64,000 nt of DNA from Phoronis australis (Eukaryota > Animalia > Phoronida). The position numbers and the translations under genes are program-made. The number at the start of each line of letters is the position of its first letter. Positions within the stretch are counted from its first letter, which is position 1. The notes beneath the pieces are model-generated. The model was not told where the DNA came from. It searched no databases and worked only from the letters and a program-made list of their open reading frames with translations. The stretch covers positions 124,001-188,000 of the forward strand of contig NMRA01000645.1 in NCBI GenBank assembly GCA_002633005.1, read 5' to 3'. Shown here in pieces: positions 1-14,450 of the stretch.

Positions 1-3000
1 ATGTCACACTACAGACATAAAATCACGTAATCCTGATATTAATTTCCTATCTGTGAGACACACTCCAGTTTCGATATCTAATAATTATCATTTTCAATGA
101 ATTAACAACCAAATCACAACCAACATGCTGACTTGATTCCCATGTTCATAAATGTGATCACTCGTGCTCGGTAATAGTCCCCTAGTTCAGAAATAATCAG
201 TAAGTATAACACCATGTTTGTTTAAAAGAACAATGCAACTTGCACTACCATAAACAGTGCTACAATATTTTTATAAAATGCCCATTCATTGCCACCAAGA
301 TACAAAACAAGAGAGCATAGAATCCCATAACAGCAAGGTATTTGCAAGACATTTGTTGCAAGAAATCTTTAGTAGTTATGGACGGAAACCTTAAATTTTC
401 TCATATAAGTCAATATTCCAACCTTGTCAAATAATCACCACTGTGACCGACTCACAATTTTGTATGGTCCTACATGATTTCACTTTTCTGGTAAGAAACC
501 CGGCCTGTTTTATGTGCTCGTTCTGAAATAACGCGCACTGTGACTCCAATCTAATGCTAAAGTATTTACCCACAATGCAACATATGATAAGCATTTATCG
601 GACATCTCCATGTGGAAATGCATCAGTCACTATCTCATATGCAATTCATCATTGTAATGCAGGCAAAACTTGTATTATTGTATTTTGATTTGAAATAAGC
701 AAAAAAAAGGCGCAGGTATTAGTAAAGTCCACATAATTTAAAATCTATGAGGGTTCAGTCTTAGGGGCATTTAATAATGCATGGTTTGTCCACACTATGA
801 TTTACCTTTGAACATTAGTTACGGTAGATCTTTATTTATTTCGCACAATTGTCATTTTTCTGTTTTTCAAAGCCCAGTTTTTATTTTAAGGGAAATTTTA
901 ACAAATAAAAACACACATGTCAGAGCCATATTATGAGTTAAATAGATGGAGTACTTTTCAGGTTATGCTAGGCTAAGTAGTAATAATTTGTGATAATTTC
1001 AACCCTAAATTATTGTTGTACAGTAACCTGCAGTCAAGGCAAAAGTAATTACCACTCATGCCTTTGCTCAGTAACATACATACAGGTGTATAATCCATTA
1101 TGAGCCATATTTGTCATAAGGTGTAGGGTGTGGGGGCAAGTTTCGCTTGTGCAAGATGTTCTTGGGAAACTCCTAGCATGGACCTGATTAATGACAAAAG
1201 TATGTACTAGAACTGCAAAAATTTTCTGGAGATTCCAATGCAATATTAGTTGCAAATGAGGTTTTTGTGCCACATCAAAGTCCATTAATAGATACAGTTT
1301 GATCACTGTGTATGTCAGCTTACACTGTGTCAGTTTTCTTTGAGCCAGTTTGCTCCACTCAACAGTTAAGTGTAAATGGCACATTGGTGGCTATAGTTCA
1401 ATATTGCAGGACTCTTGATCACAAGGAGATCAGCTGATCAGCCTTGCTCCAACTCAGCTATTGGACAAAATAATTGATCTGGCATTGTTCAAGGCAGACA
1501 TTCTTACCAATGCACTTAAATTTTTGAATACAGCAACATGTGTTGGAAAGAAAAAGAATACTTGTTTCCGTTACATAATCTTTATTTGACATAAATATGT
1601 TATGTTTATTTAATGGTTCTATTTGGTTTGTCTGAGTAGGGTCTTGAGTCACAAGTATCACATAGAAATTGTACAGGATATTGTTAGCTTACAAATCAGC
1701 ATTTGTAATGAAGACCAATCAGCCCTCATGTAAGGCCAGTTTGAAAATATGAACTCCTTCAATTTGGTACACAATAAGGTAGAAAAGAGGATTTCATTTC
1801 GTGAAAGTCCTCGCTAAACATAAATGAAACAAAGCCTTAACTATTATTATTGTTAACATGCAAAAGATTCTCACCTGATAAAACATGCTATAATACTTTC
1901 AAAGTTTGCAGCAATAATGAAAGGCTTTGAAAACCAGAACTGTTTGTTTTGCCTGCAAGATATTGTATAATTGAAGCAAATGTACTGTACTTATGTGTTA
2001 TTATCAAATAAACTTGAATTTCAACCTTACAGCATATTTACTAAATTCAAGAAGTAACTTCTTTTAATTATTACATTCTCCATTTTTGCATGAAATCAAA
2101 CCTCCAGAGCAAGTTACGAACTATTATTGTTCAGACACAGCCTCTGTCAATTTTCATGTTAAGTTTCGCTATCTATTTTTTTGTAAAACAGGAATGGATC
2201 GCAGGGCAGCCAAGGTTGTCCAGCCAAACACAATGATATCACTTTCACCTTGCTGTAATGGAGAAATTAATCCCAAGCACCCACAATCATACCCTTTAAT
2301 TTTGTGAGACATCGGCAATAAAATCCTTGATACACAGCTACAAGTCTGCATCACTCAACTAGGTATCCGGTTGCCTTAGCTGAATCTGGACAAAGGTGTG
2401 GCTGACAGGGAGCATGGCTCCTGGGTATGAAACCAAGAAACGACTGAATCTAAACATGGTTGCATTTTTACCAGCAGCATGTACCAAGTCACAGTTCACA
2501 TTGTAGGCAGGAATTCGGGGGTGGGGGGAGGGAGAGGGAGGACAATTTGTACCACAGATTTAGGGAAAATTATGAAAATAATACCCGATTTTCTTTATTG
2601 TTGCTAAAATGTTTTGTGAATATGTATATGTGCAAGTGCTATACTTTTAGGTGCAGGCGGCTATCACTTATGCACAAGGCTTAAAGGACTGCCTTGACGA
2701 GAAAAGTAATTTTACAGAAATTAGCAGCAGCGCTGAATCAAATCCACTAGCTCCACATTAGTAGACAAATGCTCTGCCGATGAGCCAAATCCCACGCGTT
2801 AAATAGGAGAATATCTAAAACGAACTTAAATAGCAGACACCCATCTTGAATTCAACGAATGTCTGGATGACAGTTAGAAATGGAGATTGTGATAAGATAC
2901 CACAGAGACACAACTGATTTTGGAGTTGTATTATTCTGATAAAAGCTAATAACTTCAAGAAGTCCATCCAACAATAATTTCCAAATGCATTTTGCATTCG

Positions 3001-6000
3001 CACAAACGATAATGCCCCCTTAAAATTTTTTGCTTTGTGCTTTTTGTCCTGTGAACTTTCGATTCAAAGCTGCATTTTACCCCATATTAGCTGGCTGAAC
3101 CGAAAATCGAATTAGGCCTTTATTATTCTTATAGTGACAGTCTCATAAATATTCTATATAGTGATAGGATTCCATTTCCGTTAGGAAAGCATTAGTGACT
3201 TAAGAAAACACTTTTAAATCAGAATTTATCAAGGTTCTACAACTCTAAATTCAAAAGTGGTACTTGTACACATTGCAGTTAGCCAACACTAAAATTGCAA
3301 GTTCGAAAATGGCACAGGTACACATTGCAAGTGACTTGTTGTGTTATTCTCAATCTCTTTTGACTAGTCACTGAGTCTAGATTGAATTTTGTCGTGACAA
3401 GTTAGGATTACTTGAAAGCCTTTGCAACAAGTTTGCAGTATTGGTAGATCAGTCATTTTTTAAGCAAATTTGGACATTTTGGATTTATTTTAAGACTTAA
3501 CACACCAACTCTACACAGTATGAATATGGATTATTGAAGACATACATGAATTTTGTAATTCCTGTCAAGTTTGAATTTTCTGTCATGAAGAACACTGGAT
3601 AACGTAAACAGCATCCAATTTTTTAGAGTAAAAGGGCTTATTTGTTTTTTTAGCCAGCTAAACAGGGCAAAATGCACTTTTAAATATTCCACAGTAAGAA
3701 TTAATCAGTTTCATAATAGAAAGACCAAGTTAAATCACATGATATTTTTTTTAAAGTTGCACTTTTGCTTTAGCATTCCAAAATAAAAGTGCTATTTTTA
3801 AATAGAGACGTACCTCCACGCAGGCACATGGGTCCTAAATACATGTACAATCAGTAGATGCAGAGCATGGGACCTGAGGCAGTGACTAAAGCTGATGGGC
3901 TCTACCTAACCATGGCCTGTTGGGATGATGTCCAGTAATAAAAGAAAATTATCTCACATTTATGAGCGTTAGCACTAAGCACACAGTAGGTAAGTGACTT
4001 CCTTATCTTTAAGTTATCACTGCTAATGGGCTAGTTAGTTGCTAGATTCACAGACGAACCAGGGTCAGTTTCACAATTGTGATAATAACTAAATAACATG
4101 CTTTTTTAAATCCGTCTATCACTTAAAGGCCCAATAAAGATGCACTTGAAAGGCATTTATCATTGTCATAATACGTTACCTTTCACAATTAGGAAGCGCC
4201 GAGCGTATTCTAATAAGCAACAAATGACTAACTTCTTTGTAATTGCCAAATAATTACCAACTAATAGTTTTCCGGAATAGCTTATGCACTCAGCTATGAC
4301 ACATCTGAAAGGTGGTTGGTTATTGCTCAAGATTCATTTTCACATTTAAAGGGACACAGTCAGTTATACAGCCAAACATTGCATTATTGGAAATAGTATT
4401 GGGAAGAACAGACTCATTTGACTAGGGCAACATAACAGCAAAACCCATTGCCACATTGGTTTTTACCTCCACTAGGGAAGCGCCACTGTGCAATCGCTGA
4501 GGACGTGAATACGCGATCACGATGGGTGAACAGATCATATATAACCATAAATAATTTCATAGAAATGTAGGTGTCAAGGTAGGAAGGCAGATCTGTCATC
4601 TGATTTGAGTCAGACGACAAGCAGACAGTTCAGACATTTGACAATTGTTCACATGAACATTTTGCAAGGCTGGGAATCCAAAGTTGTATCTGCCTTCTGA
4701 CCCGACAACATGTGAATGCAGCAATATATTTTTCAAAATGCTTCTTCATTACTCATAGCAATATTGAAGGTTATACAATCGCTGTCATTCAAAGACCGTG
4801 TTCACATTAAGTATGTGCAAATTTCACAATAATAACTATTTTTTGTAAAACAGGGCCACAGTACTGTAATTATTTCTATTTTTATCAGAACTTACATGAT
4901 GTACCTAATACATGTCAGATAAAGACCACTAACATAATTAGTGAGTTCCAATTACTAAATAATAAGCAAGCCGGAATGTTTTTGTAAACAGGTTCTATAA
5001 TATTATTGACCATCAATTATGACCAAGTTTTTAACTCATCAACACATAATTTTTAAAAAAGGACAGCTTGCTTTCAATATAAAAACCATGACAAGAGAAT
5101 ACGGAAAGCTCTTCAAAGGTAATTTAACTCAAACTTTTCTTTTTAACTATTCAGCAACCTATTCAAACAGTTGCAAAAGTGTCGCCTAGGTGTCTCATTG
5201 TTACAAACACAATGACATGGAGTTTATGGTAACCGTATGCTGTTTACTTTTGTACACATAATGGATGAGGTATATTTTCTAGGCGGTAGGAAAAATGAAA
5301 GATTTCTTAACAAATCTTCAAGTGCGCATTTGGTCTCTTCTTGTTTGAACTCATCTGGGAATGTCCAATGTATACACACCTGAGTAACCCGTCAAAAACA
5401 ACACAGAACGTAGAAAACAAAAGTAACATTGCTTCAGGCTCAATGCAGTACTAAACATAACAACCTTCCCCATATCAAAAATAATTCTAAATAGACAGGA
5501 ATGTTAAATTGTTTACAGGGAATTGTTAGAGGCAGTTCTTTAAACAGCTGCCAGGCACATTTATTATTAAACCTCTATTTGAATTCAATCATTATTAAGT
5601 TCTCAAAGCTAACATTACAAAAGTATATCATACACTGTTCATAGCTTGCAAAGCAACTTCAGGCACTGTGGTTCTTAGATCATTGTATACTTGACTGAAT
5701 TTCAATGGATAGACATATAAACATTTTAGTATAGCACACAAATTATTTTCTACAAAATTGCAAAATCAATCTAGCCATAAATAGCTTTGTAGCTTTCTGA
5801 TCCAGGGGAAAAAACACTTATAACATAAATATGAAGAAGCCACACATCCAATCATTCATTCCATGCCAGTGGACTCACTTCGTGCGGTATTTTTCAGACA
5901 CAGCTTTGCAATATGCTGATCTACTCTTGTTTGACCATCATTACAGCATGGAGCCATATACAGCTCGTCAACACGCCAAAACCAAAACGTATAGAAGAAC

Positions 6001-6199
6001 CCATGTAATCCACAAGGCCCACTGAAAATTGTCCACCTGCCTTTTACGAGTATTTATGATATCCTTCATCAGATATGCTTTCTTTTATTTATTTATTTAC
6101 ATCTGTCTATTGAGGGCACGTTGGCTACGCTACAATAACAATGAACAAGTTTTACGAGTTCAGCATGATCGTATATCGTTGCCGTGACTTATACAGATA

Positions 6200-6370
6200 A
6201 CTTCCACGAAGCTTCGCTTTTAGTGTTCCCACTACACCAAAGCTTCGGTGAAACGAAGTAATTTTGTTATTAAATCCTACTATTTTAAGCGAAGTTTCAG
6301 AGTTAATCTTTGAAACTAAACGAAATTGCAGTTAAAGCGAAGTTTCGCTTCTAATGGGAAAGCGACCCGA
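6200..6370. repeat. MITE end with CGAAG(C/T)TTCG subrepeats; relative at ~48190-48265
   Basis: CTAATGGGAAAGCGACC at the end matches the reverse complement of GGTGCTTTCCCATTAG at ~48192. Confidence 0.45.
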
Positions 6371-8134
6371 GGTCCAAGCAAAAATTAGAAAATGTCCACG
6401 GAAATCAGTGTAACAATGTACAGGGTTCAAATTAACTTTTCAAATTTGGAAGCGTTTTTAGCTTTCATTTTTAAAAGTTATTGGCAAAATCGAAACATTA
6501 GCAGGAAGAAGTAGTACCTGAAAATTAAGCCAGGTGATCAATCTTTACTTCAACTAGAAGTCAGGCCTAAGATGCATTTTGTTGCTGATAAGTGTCCTGT
6601 CTTTAGCACCTTCCTTAAAAAATAATTTTTTCCCAACAAACCTTAAGTGAATGACGTCAATCTTGTCTGTAGTGTGGAGGCTGATCAAACAATGCCACAC
6701 ATCATTTTTTGAAAATCGAAGCATTGAATACAGTGTACTACAAACATTTCAGGATTTACGTAGTCCTACTTTCATGAATTGTGAATGTGTGCTTGAGCCA
6801 AAAAAGATTTAGTGCATTCTTCACAATTTTTGTGAATGTTGAATCCTCTAATTAGATTTTGAAGCGACACCAATTTGACAACTGAATGGTCAAAAAATGA
6901 ATATCGGATAAAGAAAATCCATACTTCGTTAAAATTTCAAAACACTGTTTCCTCATACTCAGCAAATGAAACAGAAGTAATCAAACTACAATTGTCAGCG
7001 TGGTCCTTGACCTTGATTCGGTTTTAGTCACTGTTTTTAGAGCTAGAGACATGTGGCACTTATTGGGGCGTGGTTTGTGAAAAAGAAATAACTAGAAGCC
7101 TTCACTTGAGTTGACCTTGTGAGAATTAAGTGAAGCCCTTATCTAATTGACACAGTTGTAAAGCTTGTGATGTTTGAAGCACCATGGACATCCATGATAT
7201 TCCAATTTGAGCCATGCAAAGCTTTTAGACGTTTCTCATACCGTTTTAAATCCCTATGTTGAATGTGACTCTGATGATTTCTCCTGCCTCGGTCTATCAC
7301 GATAGTTTCTTTTTAAATGAATACCGTACATTCTCATTCGGTTACTTTTCATGAAATTGAAACTTCAGTTTTGCGAAATTTGTTGCTGCAACTGTAGAAA
7401 TTTCAGGGTTCGAAGATGTAAAAGTGTTGAAATTAAAGCCCAATGAATCAAGAAATGATTGTTAATGCACCACATATATAGAAATTCAAAACATTAAAAA
7501 ATAACGGTGACAACATCCAGGACCCATGATGCCTCGACTTTTTTGGGGCAACTAAGGCCATTCTCCTATGAAAAATATTTAAAATCTCATAAAATTCACC
7601 TCATCAAGTCCAAGAATTCCATCCAATGACTAAAAAGTTCCTCTTCAAGATTGTACAACTTTCGTAAAACATTAGTTTTGGCCACTTGAGGCAATGCCAA
7701 TGAAGAATGATGACCTTGGGGGTTCGGAATTGAAATCCAGCTCAATTATTTTCGGCATTTTCTATTCTACTTTGAGGAAACTCAAGATAATTGCCTGTTA
7801 TGGTATGCTGGAATACATAATAGACTGCATGGATAACCATTTAATAATAGTTTGCACTTGATGACCCTGGCATTAGGGCTGAAAGTTGAAATTTGGAGTT
7901 TTGACTCAACATCTCGAATTTGATGCTCCAACCTCGCGGACATCAAGTGCAAACTTGGACTAGAAACCATAATGTCCTCCAGCACAGACTAATAAACATT
8001 CATCTTGAGTTTGCACAAAAGTCAAACGGAAAATGCCAAAAATAATATTGAACTCGATTTCGAGCATAAAGATTCGACACTCAGCTTTCGTGTACAAATT
8101 ACGTTGAGAAGAAAACTTGCCACCTGATAGCCAG

Positions 8135-8285
8135 AGTAAGGGATGATAAAAATTCTCCAGTTTGGGACAGTGTCTAAATTTAGGACAAGGATATTCAAAC
8201 AGAAATTGAATTTTTTTATTCTAAAGATTGGTACATGTTCTGACCTTAAGCAAAACAATTATTTTCACTGTCCCAAGCTAGAGAA
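8135..8285. repeat. Interspersed repeat, inverted relative to 13040-13360
   Basis: TTTTCACTGTCCCAAGCTAGAG here versus CTCTAGTTTGGGACAGTGAAAA at ~13043; AAAAATTCTCCA versus TGGAGAATTTTT at ~13341. Confidence 0.55.
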
Positions 8286-10368
8286 TATATACCATAACAA
8301 ATATCAGTCAAGTAAAATCAAGACCCCTCAGGCTGTGTCTTCAATAGTTGAAGCCCAATGAATTGGGAATAGGTCAATAAACATAATGGATGATATAATC
8401 CTCCAGTAACCATTACATCTTACATTGAGGATTAATGTAAATAAGATTTAACAGAGTTGATAAACACATTGATTAATAGATCCTTAATAGGCAGGTATGA
8501 CAGCTTGTTTGTATCAAATTATGATCAATTCTGTGAATGAATGAGGTAGTAATAGTCCAGAGTAATTCCTAGAATGAATTATGTCATTTAAACTTGAAGA
8601 CAAAAGGGAAAATTGGCAGGGATGATCTTAGTATGATTTATAGTATTCCAAGAATGAGAATTAAAGTTTGTGTTTCTTCTCTGACCATTAAAACTATAGC
8701 AGTATACATGGAGGAACTTAGAATTTTTCAGGAATCGGGATTGAGTCCTTTTTGTGGGCATGATTCGAGAAATGTGGCCTGGACATACAATGCAATGTTT
8801 CAGGAATGGAGATTTATTAGGACTGGGATCAAAACAAATTTGACACTCAGGAATTGGGAATAGGGAAAAAACATGGGAACTGAGAATGGGACCGGCTTCC
8901 CCCGCTTTGAATTTGTGCAAAATACATGAGGCACATTTCACAATATGTCAGCAAAACGTTTGATGAATATCCTCAGTTAAGAATATTTTTTCAAAATTGA
9001 CTCATGAAGACTGTCAAATGTTCAAGTTTTCAATTTGAAACAAGGATATTTTTACAAAAGTATTACATAAGTCGAGATTCTAACTGGCATGAAAACAATA
9101 CCATTGTTTCAAAATTATACATACATCCCCAATTACCCTTTATTTCAGAGCTCTTAATGAAAAATGTTTTCCAGTACTTGGAGAATCTCAACCAACCAAC
9201 AGAAAACACAATATATTGGACAAAATTTGCTCCTTTTCAGATTGTAAAGCAGGTCGTCCCATATCTACTGAGATCAACAGTCATTAAGAAATCATCAACA
9301 TGAACAAACCTGGAGCAAAATGGCAAGAAATTGCACCCAATTTTGGTACAAACAGGATGGGCCCATTTTAAAAGTCTTCTAGTTTCAACGAGTCTAGCCA
9401 TCCCAAACTGAATGCTCCTCTTTCATGGAGATAGAAAAAATATTGCATGACTGACCTACTTTTCAAAATGCCGGGAACTCCTGAGTTAATTACCAAGAGA
9501 AGCATATCCAGCACTGATATTTGACCAATTGGTATCAGCATTCCACCCTAAAATCCATTACCACAAGTTTGACTGAATCACAATGGTAAGTCATAATATG
9601 ACATTAAAACAGAGACAGTGACTAGTACATTTACATGCGAAGAAGCAGAACAAGTGCTTGATATGCTTCGCATTATGGGTAAATACCTTAGAATAAGAGT
9701 ATTGCTGTGGCATTTTAGGACGGGCTTCACAAGAACAAGAGGTCTATCATTATAGAAAAGTTGGACAGGTTAGAGGTTGTTCAAGGAGCCTACACAGTCA
9801 GTCACTGTCAGTAAATTTTTAATTAATTCGCATGAATTGCTACAAGTGGTCAGTTAAGAAATTTCACAAATAAAAATTAGCCTTCTTCCTTAGTGCGTAA
9901 TAGGTCATAAAGAATTCTCAAACTTATACTCTGGTACCAGAGGAGTGTCGAAGGAACCTACAAAGTTAGTTGAACCTTCAAGACACCGAAGTTCTTGCTG
10001 TTTGAAGAGAAAGTCATCAAATTTATCACAAAATGGCGCTCCGAAAATGGAGAAACAATACCATGTTGATATGACAAATGAAATAAAGTCCTTATAGTGT
10101 TAGAATGGTGAACATTAAAAAATACTGTCAAGTAATACCACAAGATGTACTGTTTTTGAAAGGAACACCTGCCAAGAACTCCATTGACAGTCTGACACTG
10201 AGGAGAACTGTTCATATCGGACCAAAGCATCAACGTTCAACTGTAAAACCCACCTGTTTACTACCAAATTATTTATTAGTGCTGTTAACTTCCATCCAGG
10301 ACCAAAGTTAACCGTTCAGACGCAAATGACACTTCCCCAAAAATCGTCGTGCCAACACTGGTATTAAG

Positions 10369-10807
10369 GTCACCCTTTACACAGTAGTCCCGTTTAGACA
10401 TCAACTTTTGGCCCAGCGCAACTGACACGAAGCAAACTGACCCGTGTCAAGGGGCGTTTACACACACAACTCACTAACAGTGGCAAGACGGAAATTAAAG
10501 GCTAGAGAGACTGGATCGCACATGCGCAGGTTAACAAATGACGAGAGTTGCAGAAACAAAGAACCCGTACATAGGTCATTGCACAAGCGCAGTAGAGATG
10601 ATCCTTTCCGCCTTGCTCCAGTTTCGCGTTTAGACTTATAATTGACAAGGTGCAAGATGTTCGGGCGCAAATTGCTCCACCTCACAAACGGGTGGCAAAA
10701 ATTTGTCACCACGGTGTCAATTTGCTCTGTGTCAGTCCGTTTACACACTGGAACAACTTGTTCCAAGTCAGCTGATCCGTGTCAACTTTGTAAGTGTAAA
10801 GGGCACT
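10369..10807. mobile_element. Harbinger/Tourist-like MITE
   Basis: Inverted termini CCCTTTACAC (10373) / GTGTAAAGGG (10794-10803); four internal CGTTTA(C/G)AC repeats; GC-richer than flanks. Confidence 0.6.
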
Positions 10808-13800
10808 AGTGTCACAAGATACCAATACTATAATGACGTGTGCAAATTCTATTTACATCTACTCTACATGAATTATACAAGCAAGCTTTCTACACAATCC
10901 GCTATACACCCACTGTCTTTGATATTGCAAACAGAGCATTTCTATTTTTGACATATCATGTACGAAAGATTATTGATTAAGTATTTGACCCTATTTAATG
11001 AGAACAGACTGAGCTTTCTGTTGAAACATAGTTAAAACTGATGCACAAAGAATGATCAGGAAATGTGAACACTAGACATTTTATCGAAACTCAGGTCAAA
11101 GAGAACTCCAATGGACATAGCAATTCATTTCTACCATTGTCATTCCACAAATCATCAAAAGCTTACTTGACAAGAGTTGCTTAATAAAACAAAGGACAGC
11201 AGAGAGGAAATTGTCTTGAAAATGCATTAAGTATTCGCTAGGCACTAATATCGGACACACACACACATATATATGTACCGGTATATCAATCGCCCACATT
11301 GCAGAATTCTGCAATTATTATTTGGTATTATGATATATTAACTCAATCTTGACACTAACAATGTATTGATAATGCTTACAATACCTTGACCTTGTAATCA
11401 CCAACAATCGTACATTCACAGGATGTTTTTTTCAATAGGAGTTAGTTAATAACTAGTCATGGCTAATTTCTCACATGCCTCCAAGCAAGGAGAGCCAGAA
11501 CAGTGTAAACATCTTAGTTTACTCATGGAAAGGATTATCAGATCTGTCAAGTACTTCTGATTCCCAGAAATTATAGCACTTCAGCTTGAAAGGACTCCAA
11601 GCCACCTCCAGAGGAAGTAGACACCCATTTGCTATATAAGTATGTCACCTTTCAGTAACCCAGTCTCTGACAACTGTTTCTTTGAAAAAAGCAATTACGG
11701 TACTATAAAATTTCACCAATTTACGACACAAATATGGCTGACGAGTGAAATATTATTGTATCATTGCTCCATGAACATAAATAGTGCCAAGTTAAATGAT
11801 TTTCCAGGTTCAAGTTTTGAAACACACCTCCATCAAAGTTGTAAAAATCGGGGGGGAGGGGGGATTTACAGTATGTTATCAGGGCCCTCAAAGGGGCTGC
11901 ATATCGCACTCATTCCCCTCTGGAAAATACTCAAAGCTCAAGCAAAATTGCCCTCATGAGGCCCAAAAATTTGCCTCAAGTGATTGAAAAATTCCTCTTG
12001 AGGTTTGATTAAATCATTGGTAACCCACACAGGTGACAAATTCACAAAGAACAAAATGTTAGTTTTGGTTACTTGAGTCAGAGCATGTGAAGGCTTGCGA
12101 CAGGGTGGGGAGCTACTATTAATGGTGATCAGGAAGTAGATTTTTCAACTCCCCCCAAAAACTTAATTCCCCTCTCAGAAGGCACAGACACCTTTCCCCT
12201 CGGATGAACGAGAGCCCTGATTGTCCAGTTCAAGAAAAATGGCATAATGGCAAATCTAAGCATATGTGTAACTTTGGATTTAAATACAGATTTAAGGAAA
12301 CATTCACACTTAAAATTTCTGCCATAACTTGTATTTCTACTCTTATAATATCCTAGAACAATTTTTGAGAATATTAATTCAATACAGGACAAAAGATGAG
12401 AAAGAAAAAACATGTGAAGGAAAACCAATACTCATAGCTAATTTGTTAATAGCACATGATTTAATCCTAACAGACATGAACTTTGCAAGTCATTGTTTTC
12501 TAGCATCAAGAAAACCAAATGTTATAACATAGTTAACAGAACCCTTTCTGAATTCATCCTCTGAGAGTTTCAATTTATGCTTACAACTGACAACATACAG
12601 AAATGCATTGGTATAATAAATTGTATTTCCTCTAATTGCTTTCTGATCTTGTCATTACCGATAGGAACAACAGTGATCTATCAATATTTTTTAATGAGAA
12701 TAATTGCTTGTTTCTGACTTCCACATTCGGTTCTCAGACATTTAATGATGAATTACTTTATGATAAATGAGAAAGTTGGAGATGTCGGAGAATCACTATT
12801 GACAATTTTATGCCTGGGAGATTCTGCAACAAGATTTTCACTGGAGCAGAGATAGAGAAATAAACTCTTGGTATCATTGTGCTAAGGAAATCTGCTGCAC
12901 ATAGAAAGAAATTGATGACTGTATATTTCAAAGAATATTTGCAACGAAAGGGTTATGGATCTCGTGCTAGTTACAATAAATATAATCAAAACTTTGATGA
13001 AAAAGTATTCTTTGATAATCAAACTCAATTACCCGAAAAAAACTCTAGTTTGGGACAGTGAAAAATCAATTATTTTGCTCAAGCTTGGAGCTTGTACCAA
13101 ATTTTAAAAATCCCCAATACTGGGCATCCCAAATTCAAGAATTACAATCAACAACAAACCATAATTCATACTACGGGGAGTTGTAAAAGCAGGAGGTATT
13201 TGTGACAGTACTAATGACTGCCAAGTCTATTTTCAGACTCTTGATTCTGCCACAATCGCCCATGTCCCAATTTTCAGTATCAAGAACATTCAATTTTACA
13301 TTGAATTTCAGTATCCCGAAATTAGGAGATTAACTCAAATTGGAGAATTTTTACCCCACTACACCGATACCAACAGTAGTTGTATGTACGGTAATTCTGC
13401 CTTAGCCAATTGATTACCAGTGTTTGCCAACATCATAAATCAGTTTGCGGCAATCTCATTTTGCGATTTCTTGGTTGATTGATTAAATTATGATTCCATT
13501 TGTAAAGTTCTGCAGGATAAAAATGCTAGGAAATAATTAATATTTTATTTTTAGATTTAACACCTGCCAGACTATCAAGGACCTAGTCCCTTCCCTCTGG
13601 ATGTCACACGTGATGGTTTCAGGTTTTTAAGTCATATCCTAAAAAGGACATTTCATTGAATTTTTCAATAATTTCAACCTCAAAACATAATATGCTAAAG
13701 AAAAAGAACACCCTTTTCATGTTTCAAGAAACAAATCAAATATCTATATTTTACCTGTGTGGCAGGATGGTTTACTGATTCAAATTAAAATTCGCGTAAC

Positions 13801-13994
13801 TTCATGACATGCAGATGACGAAAAATACGATGCCTAAGAGAATGAGACATGTCCCAGTTTGTAAAAAATAATTGTCAGTGGTTTGGTGCACGTTGTACTA
13901 GACATGCGCAGGCTGCTCTGGGGGATCCATTACCCTGACCATCCAAAAACATTTTTATGCTTCATTAATATACTGTATAGCTCGGATATAAAAT

Positions 13995-14450
13995 GCCGTC
14001 CACACACAGACCTGCACTAGAACGAGTTACTCCTGGACTGAGTTGTCGCTAGGTTTGAGTGCTGTGGATGCCATTTAAACTAGGGTAGCGCAATTTACCC
14101 CACTTGTGACGACTTACTCCACCATGTCCAGGTAGGGTAACTTGTCCTAGGGTAACTTGCGCTACTTCTACAAACTTGGGGCAAGGCATTAATAATTGTC
14201 AGCTGTGGTTACTTGTAGACAGGTTTTCTTCTGTGTGCCATATTCACATTAATTTAGGTGTTCATTATAATGCACAGAGTGACAACTTCTGTCTTACCCT
14301 AGATATTGGATGTGTGTGTGTGTGTGCCTGCGTGTGCGCTCCTGCGTGTGGTCGGGTGTGCGTGTGTGTGGACGTTTCACTTAAAAGTGGGGTAAATTGC
14401 ACTAGTGCAAGTTGATCTAGGGTAAGCTGTGTGTTCACGGACGGGACATA
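13995..14450. mobile_element. MITE family A copy 1 (CCGTCCACACACAG termini, internal GGGTAA motifs, (TG)n tract ~14310-14370)
   Basis: Aligns by eye in reverse orientation with 41308-41704 and 53390-53610; imperfect inverted termini. Confidence 0.7.

Noticed and set aside
5220-5380. Good minus-strand acceptor at ~5380 as possible kinase exon 2
   Set aside because: In the required phase it reads GVYTLDIPR-stop, not GTGTFGRV; no kinase motif in any frame.
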